From Planctomycetota bacterium (GTDB taxonomy: Bacteria; Planctomycetota; UBA8108; UBA1146): a stretch of DNA of 30,890 nt. Below the pieces are notes generated by a model, which saw nothing but the letters and a program-made list of their open reading frames with translations, had not been told where the DNA came from and did not search any database. Where the stretch lies: assembly GCA_036338595.1 (NCBI GenBank), contig JAYZBV010000081.1, forward strand, positions 1 to 30,890. Direction: 5' to 3'. Below, in pieces: positions 1-7,213 of this stretch. Positions within the stretch are counted from its first letter, which is position 1, and every line of letters begins with the position of its first letter. The translations under genes were made by a program, and so were the position numbers.

Positions 1-2160
1 ACGATGCAGGTGATTCATTCCGATGGCACCGTGCTGTTTGGAGGCGATGGGCAGGGAAATGGCCCCGACGGTGTGCTGGGTGTGGCCCTCGATATCGGAT
101 CCGCCCCCTTCGACCTGTTCCACTTCGCTGCCGGCCCGGGATCGACCAGCTGGCTCGCAGGCGGCGAGCGTATGGTTCGCATGCAGCCCAGTGGAAATGT
201 GGTCGTCGATGTCGATTTTGGTCCCGGGTATCCGGTTCAGGACATCGCTGCGGGACCGAACGGATCGGTGTTCGTACTCTTCAACACCTGTGTCTACAGG
301 ATCGTCCCCGATGGATCGCTGGCGGCGTATGTCGAACTGCCGCTGGCCACGGCACCGACCAAACTGGCCGTGACGACGATTCAGGGAGGCGATGAGCGCA
401 TCGACCGCGTCGCTGTGCTCAATCCGTCGAGCAATCAAGTCTTCCAGTACAACTGGCAGCACGACGATGAGGTGCTCGCGGCCGAGACGCTGACTCACAA
501 CCGAGGCGGTAATAGCATCTGCTGGGGTCCCGATCGCCAGCTGTGGATCGCCGGCCAGGAGGCGGGCACCTCCGATGCCACGCTCACCGCTTACAACAGC
601 GATGGCACTCCGACCGGCATCGATCTGACCTTCCCTGGCCAGACAATCCTGCTGACCGAGAACTCGGCGGCGATGCCTGCCGTGGCTGCCTTTCCCGATG
701 ATGATTTCGACGGCGACGATTATTCCAACATCAACGAGCAGGTCGCCGGCTCGAACCCGTTCGATTCAGACGACGATCCGACCGATGAGGTTCCCGATTA
801 CACGCCGCCGGTGGACAGTCTCTCCAGCGTGATCATCGGCGACAATCACTTTGCCTTCCTCGAGTGGACCTGGAGTTCTCCGACGGCGGACTTTCCTCAA
901 TTTTACGAGATCACCCGCACCACCGATGGGGTGCTGGCTGCCGGTTTTCCGGTGCAGGTCGACGGCACAGCGACCAGCTGGACCGATGAGAATGGCGGCG
1001 ATGGCTTGCCCGACGGTGTTCATGAATACTCCATCATCGTGATCATACAAGGCGGCTCCAATTGTGTGACCTCCGTGCTGGTGGTCGGCGGCGGCGAGAC
1101 CGAAAGCGAGACGCCGATCGATGTGCCGGGCAGCGAAGAGGGCGAACTGACCGAGATCTACGACATCACTGCCGATCCCGATGCGCTGCCGGGCGGGATC
1201 AAGTACTACGCCACCGATTCTCTCAACGGCAAGATCTACGGCCTCGATGAGAACTTCGTGGTGGTGGTGGTGATCCCGAGTCCGTTCGCGGATGGGGAGC
1301 CGGTCACCGGCATCGCCTTCATCAAGGAAGGGTTCGGCGGCATCAAGACACTGGTGGTGGGCAAGGGCTCATCCGGTGGCCAGATGCACCTGATGGAGAT
1401 CGACCTGATCGGGAACTACATCCGCGACTACTTCCTCTACAATCCTCTGCCTGCGGTTCCCAACGGTCAAAAGTTCTTACCGGGAGCGATCGCCGGAAAG
1501 TCGGGCGGCATGGGCTACGACGAGAGTTCGTCGACGATGTACATCACGGGCCCCGACACCTGCGAGATCTTTGGCATGTTGCAAGGCGGAGATGGTGCCA
1601 TCAATCCGGAGCAATCGTTCCCGCACCCCAATGAGGGGGCACAGCAAAAAGGCTGTACCACTGGCAACTGCTCCGGTTCCCCTTGGGTCGGCTGTACGGC
1701 ACCGATCTTCATCACGAGTCAGACTGCCGACGGCACCCTCGAGATCATCGAGGTCTCGGTGTCGGGAGGGGTTGCGACCCAGGTCGGCGAAGGGATCAGC
1801 CTTGCCGCCATCGATGATCCCGGTGGCATCTTGTTTGACGGTGAGAACTTCGTCATCACTGGAAATAGCGATGGCACCGTCTACGAGGTCCAGGCGACCG
1901 GCAACTTCACCCGTGGCGATCCCAACGAGGATGGAGTGGTCGACATCGGAGACCCCATCTATGAGCTCGGTTACCTGTTCGTCAACGGTCCTGCACCGGA
2001 GTGTATCGCCCGTCTCGATGCCAACGATGACAACCTGGTCGACATAGCGGATACGATCTTCCTGCTCACATTCCTGTTCAATAACGGTCCGCAACCGCCG
2101 GAACCGTTCGATGTAGCCGGTCCTGATCCGACCCCGTCCAGTGTGACCCCGTGCCCGTAG
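1..2160 (+). CDS. Large acidic extracellular multidomain protein, probably 5'-truncated: beta-propeller-like repeats, TSP3-like Ca-binding motif, FN3-like domain, C-terminal dockerin-like module
   Basis: Frame is open to the window edge (ACG ATG) and no signal peptide is visible. DDDFDGDDYSNINEQVAGSNPFD resembles a bacterial TSP3 repeat. LEWTWS..YEITR..TSWTD..HEYSI is FN3-like. C-terminus has duplicated EF-hand-like loops RGDPNEDGVVDIGD..DANDDNLVDIAD. Confidence 0.75.
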   Translation, partial: TMQVIHSDGTVLFGGDGQGNGPDGVLGVALDIGSAPFDLFHFAAGPGSTSWLAGGERMVRMQPSGNVVVDVDFGPGYPVQDIAAGPNGSVFVLFNTCVYRIVPDGSLAAYVELPLATAPTKLAVTTIQGGDERIDRVAVLNPSSNQVFQYNWQHDDEVLAAETLTHNRGGNSICWGPDRQLWIAGQEAGTSDATLTAYNSDGTPTGIDLTFPGQTILLTENSAAMPAVAAFPDDDFDGDDYSNINEQVAGSNPFDSDDDPTDEVPDYTPPVDSLSSVIIGDNHFAFLEWTWSSPTADFPQFYEITRTTDGVLAAGFPVQVDGTATSWTDENGGDGLPDGVHEYSIIVIIQGGSNCVTSVLVVGGGETESETPIDVPGSEEGELTEIYDITADPDALPGGIKYYATDSLNGKIYGLDENFVVVVVIPSPFADGEPVTGIAFIKEGFGGIKTLVVGKGSSGGQMHLMEIDLIGNYIRDYFLYNPLPAVPNGQKFLPGAIAGKSGGMGYDESSSTMYITGPDTCEIFGMLQGGDGAINPEQSFPHPNEGAQQKGCTTGNCSGSPWVGCTAPIFITSQTADGTLEIIEVSVSGGVATQVGEGISLAAIDDPGGILFDGENFVITGNSDGTVYEVQATGNFTRGDPNEDGVVDIGDPIYELGYLFVNGPAPECIARLDANDDNLVDIADTIFLLTFLFNNGPQPPEPFDVAGPDPTPSSVTPCP

Positions 2161-2164
2161 TGAA

Positions 2165-3058
2165 ATGGAGTTGATCCAGATGAACCAGAGACACCACAAC
2201 TACGGCCTGACCCGTATTGTTCCAGCGATGTTGCTGGTGGCGTTGCTGATCCCGGCGATCTCCCTGCAGGGGCAGGATCCGGTCGAGTTCCAGCTCAGCG
2301 TCAACGGTAGCGATGTCGATTACTCCAGCGGCGATCCGGCCGCGTTTGGTTTCACCTCGGTGGTTTCTGCCATCCAGACCCTCGGAGATGCGGCACTGAC
2401 CCAGGGATACCAGATCGGCATCGGCAATGACCCCGATCTGCTTCAGATCACTTCAACCACGACCTTGCTGACGGGACCGGATGGGGCGGCTCCGCAGTTC
2501 GATGATGTCAACATCTATGCCAATGGAGTCACCCAGGGGATCGTCTACTCATTCACAGGCGTCTGGACGGTGATCTTCGACGTGGACACTCCACTGCTCG
2601 AGATCGAGATCCAGCTGGTCGATGGTCCGCTCACCGGTGCCAGTACGGCGACCGTCACGGATGTTGCGTTCGTCGACGATCTTGGGGTTCCGTTGATCCC
2701 CAATGTAGTGGTAGTGGGGGGAGCGGCCATCATTCCTTCGGTGGTCGATGTTTCGGTGACCTTGACTCCCTACGAGGGAGCGCTGCTGATCCGTGGTGAT
2801 GCCAGCGGCGATGGGGTTCTCGATCTTTCCGATGGGGTGGGAATTCTCGACTACCTGTTCAACGGCACTCCCAACAGCTGTCTCGACGCACTCGATGCCA
2901 ATGATAGCGGCAACATCTCGATCACCGATGCGGTGGTGGTTCTGTGCTCCATGTTTTGCATGGGGTCTCCTCCGCCGGCAAACCCGTTTCCAGGATGTGG
3001 TTTCGATACCACCACGGCTGATCCACTCGACTGCCTCGCCTTCCCCGGCTGCGCCTGA
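2165..3058 (+). CDS. Secreted protein with one cohesin-like beta-sandwich and a C-terminal dockerin-like module
   Basis: Hydrophobic signal segment (IVPAMLLVALLIPAISLQG), beta-rich domain with QGYQIGIGND, C-terminal RGDASGDGVLDLSD..CLDALDANDSGNISITD..PFPGCG. Start could be 2165 or 2180. Confidence 0.75.
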   Translation: MELIQMNQRHHNYGLTRIVPAMLLVALLIPAISLQGQDPVEFQLSVNGSDVDYSSGDPAAFGFTSVVSAIQTLGDAALTQGYQIGIGNDPDLLQITSTTTLLTGPDGAAPQFDDVNIYANGVTQGIVYSFTGVWTVIFDVDTPLLEIEIQLVDGPLTGASTATVTDVAFVDDLGVPLIPNVVVVGGAAIIPSVVDVSVTLTPYEGALLIRGDASGDGVLDLSDGVGILDYLFNGTPNSCLDALDANDSGNISITDAVVVLCSMFCMGSPPPANPFPGCGFDTTTADPLDCLAFPGCA

Positions 3059-3238
3059 TCTCATCGGGTCTTCCCCGGCACCCCATGGCACAGATGATGT
3101 AGATCATCTCGCATTCACCGCCGCAGATGGGTCCCGCTTCTTGTCGCCTGTTGTCGCCGGCGATGGGGCGGTGTAGCGTAGTTCTCGGGGACAGAATCCG
3201 GGCCGTGCTCGATGGATCGCGGCGAGTCAGGAGTGACG

Positions 3239-3682
3239 ATGGACGCACCGAGGTACGAACGATACTCATCGGTACCGCTCTTCGAAGGGCTGAAGCCGGA
3301 GGAGATCGGCGCTCTGCTGGAATACTCGGAAGAGATGATCGTCGAGGCGGGGGATGTGGTCATTCTGGAGGATGAAATACCTGGCCACTTCTTCATCGTC
3401 GCAGAGGGTACTCTCGATGTGATCAAGTCGGATGGCGAGAACCCGCAGGTTCTTGCCAGGCTCTCTGACCTCAGTTCCTTTGGCGAGATGGGAGTGGTTT
3501 GCGATCATCGACATACTGCCAGCGTGGTGGCAGTTTCTCGTTCCAGACTGCGCGCGTTTTCCATCGCCAAGTTCCGGGAGTTGCTGGAGATGCAAGATCG
3601 CACCGTCTTCAGAATGGTGCTGGCGCTGGCGCGGCTCATCGCCATGAGACTCCAGTCCAGTGACCATAGAAGGGTGAGCTGA
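3239..3682 (+). CDS. Stand-alone cyclic nucleotide-binding (CAP_ED/cNMP) domain protein without a Crp HTH
   Basis: PLFEGL..EI, FFIVAEGTLDV and FGEMG..TASVVA motifs. RBS CAGGAG precedes ATG 3239 (ORF track starts at 3212). Confidence 0.85.
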   Translation: MDAPRYERYSSVPLFEGLKPEEIGALLEYSEEMIVEAGDVVILEDEIPGHFFIVAEGTLDVIKSDGENPQVLARLSDLSSFGEMGVVCDHRHTASVVAVSRSRLRAFSIAKFRELLEMQDRTVFRMVLALARLIAMRLQSSDHRRVS

Positions 3683-3685
3683 GAA

Positions 3686-4468
3686 GTGAGGCTTCAGTTA
3701 CTCCCATCGCTGATTGGCGGTGAAGGCCGTGCCCAACTCCTCAGTTCCTATCTGATTGGCGAGCGAATCTGCATCGATGCCGGGAGCATCGGATTTCAAT
3801 CCGATCTGGCCCAGCAGCTCGCTGTTCGGCATATCTTCATCACCCACTCACACAGCGACCATGTCGCCAGTTTGCCCACCTTTCTCGATACCCACTTCGG
3901 AGTCGGTGCTGGGTCGGAAGTGCCGGTGATCATCTATGCCACGGAGACGACAGCGGCCAGCTTGCGTCAAGACCTGCTCAATGATCGCCACTGGCCCGAC
4001 TTCATCAGAATCAGCGATGAATCGGGTAAGGACATGATGAGGCTGGAGGTGATCGAGGTTGGCACACCGGTAGAGGTCGAGGGAGTCAGGATCACTGCGA
4101 TTCCCGTCGATCACACCGTCGAAACGGTTGCTTACATCATCGAGGATGAATCCAGTGCCTGTGCCATCGTCACGGATACCGGTCCAACCGATGAGATCTG
4201 GCAGCGCTGTCGTGATGTAACCGGTTTGACGACGGTGGTTCTGGAGTCGGCATTTCCTGACCGTCTTCAGTGGCTCGCAGATGCCTCGAAGCACCTGACC
4301 CCTACCACGTTCCAGAGTGAGCGAGCGAAGGCTCCCGATGCGGACCAGTTACAATTTCTCGCCGTGCACCTGAAAGCGAATCAGTACGACGAGATCGTCG
4401 AGGAACTGATCGCGTTGTCATTGCCAGGTGTCGAGGTGATGGAGCCTGGCCGCGATTACCAGGTTTGA
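3686..4468 (+). CDS. MBL-fold 3',5'-cyclic nucleotide phosphodiesterase (class II, CpdP-like)
   Basis: IDAGS, HIFITHSHSDH (HxHxDH), NDRHWPDF, VDHTVET, TDTGPT, ESAFP..HLTP and VHLK motifs typical of class II PDE-like proteins. GTG start. Confidence 0.8.
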   Translation: MRLQLLPSLIGGEGRAQLLSSYLIGERICIDAGSIGFQSDLAQQLAVRHIFITHSHSDHVASLPTFLDTHFGVGAGSEVPVIIYATETTAASLRQDLLNDRHWPDFIRISDESGKDMMRLEVIEVGTPVEVEGVRITAIPVDHTVETVAYIIEDESSACAIVTDTGPTDEIWQRCRDVTGLTTVVLESAFPDRLQWLADASKHLTPTTFQSERAKAPDADQLQFLAVHLKANQYDEIVEELIALSLPGVEVMEPGRDYQV

Positions 4469-4565
4469 ACCCCCTCGGGTGCATCACCCTCCTTGCTTCC
4501 ACCCCGACTCTGGGGCACGGTGACATCATCTTCGAATATGCGCAGGATTTCGGAAGGACAAGTGG

Positions 4566-5462
4566 ATGAGCATCGATAGAAGAGATTTCCTCACCACCGC
4601 TGCGGCCCTCGCTGCTGCGGGTGCCACGGGGAGCGTCGGTGCTGCGGATGGATCGCAAGGCGGTGATGGCAAGATTCCGCTGCCCTGGGGAAAGACTCGA
4701 TTTGCGGTCAACATCGAGATGTGGGGATTCGGCGGCGGGCCGCATCAAGACCGGATCCGAGCCGCTGCTAAACTGGGCTATCCCGCCGTCGAGATGTGGC
4801 CCTGGCGAGGTAAGAACCTCGATGAGATTCGCAAGGCCTGCGAGGAGACGGGAGTCGAGGTGGCGCAGTTCACTGCATGGGGCTTCTCTCCCGGCATGAA
4901 TGATCCGAAGAACCATGATCGATTCGAGAAGGAGATCGCCGCATCCATCGAAACAGCAAAGAAGCTCAAGGCTCGAAAAATGACGGTGGTGGGTGGCAAC
5001 GACCAGCCCGGCATGACCCAGGAGCAGATGCATGAGAACATCATCATCGGCCTCAAGAGAGTTGCTCCGATGGCAGAGGATGCAGGCGTGATGCTGATTC
5101 TCGAACCGATGAACATCCGAGTGGACCACAAGGGGCATTGCCTCTACGGCAGTCCCCCGGCGGTGAGAATCTGCAGTGAGGTCAACTCCCCGATGGTCAA
5201 GATCAACTGGGACCTCTATCACATGCAGATCACCGAGGGGGATCTGTGCCGCCGGCTGAGAGAAGGCTGGGAGCAGGTCGGATACCTGCAACTGGCCGAC
5301 AATCCTGGTCGTCGAGAGCCGGGCACCGGAGAGATACAGTACTCACGGGTTTTCAAGGAGGCGTGGAACCTTGGATACCGGGACTACATCGGCCTGGAGT
5401 GTTCGCCGAGTGTAGAGGAAGCTCTCGCCACCGAGCGCGTCAAGGCAGCAGATGTCTGGTAG
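4566..5462 (+). CDS. Tat-exported hydroxypyruvate isomerase-family TIM-barrel protein (Hyi/AP endonuclease 2 fold)
   Basis: Tat motif DRRDFL; AVEMW, LILEPMN, WDLYHMQITEG, QLADNPGRREPGTGEI, IGLEC. Confidence 0.85.
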   Translation: MSIDRRDFLTTAAALAAAGATGSVGAADGSQGGDGKIPLPWGKTRFAVNIEMWGFGGGPHQDRIRAAAKLGYPAVEMWPWRGKNLDEIRKACEETGVEVAQFTAWGFSPGMNDPKNHDRFEKEIAASIETAKKLKARKMTVVGGNDQPGMTQEQMHENIIIGLKRVAPMAEDAGVMLILEPMNIRVDHKGHCLYGSPPAVRICSEVNSPMVKINWDLYHMQITEGDLCRRLREGWEQVGYLQLADNPGRREPGTGEIQYSRVFKEAWNLGYRDYIGLECSPSVEEALATERVKAADVW

Positions 5463-5474
5463 AAAACTGACACC

Positions 5475-6452
5475 ATGAATCTCAAATCGGTCCAGATGAT
5501 GACACTGCTGCTGCTCGTGTTCACGGCGATGTTCTCCAGTTCGTTAGCCGCTCAGGACAGCATTCTCGATGAGCTGGAGGAGCAAGATCCGTGCTCCATC
5601 GACATCTTCTCGTCGGTGAAACACTTTCAGGCCGGGGTCCCCTTCCAGGTGGGCGTTCTGGTCAAGCCATTACCGGGCTGGCACGGATACTGGCACTCAT
5701 CGCGAGATGGAGGCGATGCACCCGAGGTGATCTGGTCATTGCCGATGGGGTGGAAGGTCAGTGAGCCGGACTATCCGGTACCCACGCGCATGGTCGAGGA
5801 CGGCAACTTGATTTCGATCGGGTACAAGAAACCGTTTCTACTCAGATTCAGCATCACTCCTGCCATCGAAGTCGATGAAGATCAGGCCACGATCATCATC
5901 CCCGTGAAGGTGATCTGGCAAGTGTGCGAGAAGACCTGCATCTATGGTAAGAGCGAATCGAAGTTGAGCATCTCTGCAGGTGGCGATCGTGTTCAGATGG
6001 ATATGGGTGGCAGCACGATTCTGGCGAACTGGAAGGATCGGTATCCGATTTCCGCAGCGAAGGCGCGCGGCTTCAGATTCGAGCAACAGTGGATTCCCGA
6101 TCAGGGATCGGATCCCATCCGGAAAGGGACATGGGTCGTGCGATGGTCTCGCAAGGGCACTGACAGGCGACCTGCAGTACCTGTGCAATGGGTCGCGTTT
6201 CCACACGCCATCGAAGAGGGAGCCATCTCCGAGGCGAGGGTGGTGCGGGCGGTACTGAAGGGTGACCGGGACTCAGATGTCGAGAATGCCAATCGGCCAG
6301 GCTGGGAGGTGCGTTTCGAGCTGGAGGATCTGGGGTCGGGCTTCCATCCGGGGCTACTCGGTGTCACACTGGTACCCACTCCAGGAAAGGCTTTGGGGCC
6401 GGTGCCTGGCATGCCGGCGATCACCATCGAGGGATCGCCTCGTACAGAATAG
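5475..6452 (+). CDS. Secreted protein-disulfide reductase DsbD N-terminal-type domain protein, without transmembrane or thioredoxin domains
   Basis: Signal peptide ending SLAA; PGWHGYW..GDAPEVIWSLPMGW..YPVP..GY and WQVCEKTCIYG Cys pair. Confidence 0.75.
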   Translation: MNLKSVQMMTLLLLVFTAMFSSSLAAQDSILDELEEQDPCSIDIFSSVKHFQAGVPFQVGVLVKPLPGWHGYWHSSRDGGDAPEVIWSLPMGWKVSEPDYPVPTRMVEDGNLISIGYKKPFLLRFSITPAIEVDEDQATIIIPVKVIWQVCEKTCIYGKSESKLSISAGGDRVQMDMGGSTILANWKDRYPISAAKARGFRFEQQWIPDQGSDPIRKGTWVVRWSRKGTDRRPAVPVQWVAFPHAIEEGAISEARVVRAVLKGDRDSDVENANRPGWEVRFELEDLGSGFHPGLLGVTLVPTPGKALGPVPGMPAITIEGSPRTE

Positions 6453-6506
6453 TATCTACTGTTCAGGAGTCGCCGATGACTCCTGCATCATGAAAGGAAG
6501 CGGCCT

Positions 6507-7085
6507 ATGAAAAGTGTCGCAACAATCCTCATACTGGCGATTTGCTTCGTCGCTGCAGGATTTCTTCAAGCAGGGGATGACGACGTCAAGAAAAAGGAGA
6601 CTCCCGCATATGCCTTCGAATTGAAGGATCTCGATGGGAAATCTATCAAGTCGGCGGATTACAAGGACAAGATCGTGGTCATGGAATGGACAGAGTCCGG
6701 CTGCCCGGCAGTCAAGCCCCTGTACAAGGCAAAGAAGGTCCAGAATCTGGTGACCGAGTACAAGGACAAGGGTGTCCAGTGGTTCAGCATCTGCTCGACT
6801 CACTTCAATACGGTGGAAGGCCTCAAGAAGTTCGCCAAGCAGTACGAGGTTTCCCACAAGATCCTGACTGACTTTGACGGCAAAGTGGGTAAGAAGTTTG
6901 GTGCCAAACGCACTCCCCATGTCTTCATCGTGAAAAACGACAAGATCCTCTACCAGGGCGCATTCGATAACCGCCGTTCGGGAGAGAACTACGTCAAGAA
7001 GGCACTCGATGAGATTCTGGCCAACAAGGAAGTTTCGACACCGAGAACCAAGGCGTATGGCTGAACGGTCAAGTTCGCGTCGTAG
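6507..7085 (+). CDS. Exported thioredoxin-fold redoxin (AhpC/TSA-like), probable selenoprotein with Sec at TGA 7062-7064 and true stop TAG 7083-7085
   Basis: Signal peptide; FELKDLDGK, VVMEW..GCPAV, FGAKRTPHVFI, YQGAFD, YVKKALDEIL. Read-through gives TKAYG-U-TVKFAS*, matching the family C-terminal motif T.(A/P)YGC(S/T)(V/I)K. A SECIS-like hairpin follows. Confidence 0.8.
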
Positions 7086-7098
7086 TTCACGACGCAAC
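7073..7098 (+). promoter_or_regulatory. Candidate bacterial SECIS element
   Basis: GTT-(C bulge)-GCGTCGT-[AGTTC]-ACGACGC-AAC: 10 Watson-Crick pairs, 5-nt loop starting 19 nt after the TGA with G in position 2, and a bulged pyrimidine on the 5' arm. Confidence 0.7.
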
Positions 7099-7112
7099 CC
7101 AGACAGTTCCAG

Positions 7113-7150
7113 GAGGTCCGGTCGCCAGAGCGTCCGGACCTCTTTTCATT
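7113..7150 (+). terminator. Intrinsic terminator after the hyi-like/dsbD-N/redoxin unit
   Basis: GAGGTCCGG/CCGGACCTC 9-bp stem plus inner CGC/GCG, loop CAGA, followed by TTTTCATT. Confidence 0.7.
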
Positions 7151-7213
7151 CATCTGAGAGGACTTGGCTCGGAGGCCGCACAGGTGCATCCTTGTAGCGA
7201 CGAGGAGGCTCAG

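Noticed and set aside
4302..5291. 329-aa antisense ORF, and similar long shadows at 1477-2199, 7268-8128, 9572-10324 and 29445-30176
   Set aside because: They lie opposite well-supported genes, have no motifs, and are expected from GC-rich codon bias.
6456..7097. 213-aa minus-strand ORF over the redoxin
   Set aside because: Antisense shadow of a gene with strong codon bias; no recognisable features.
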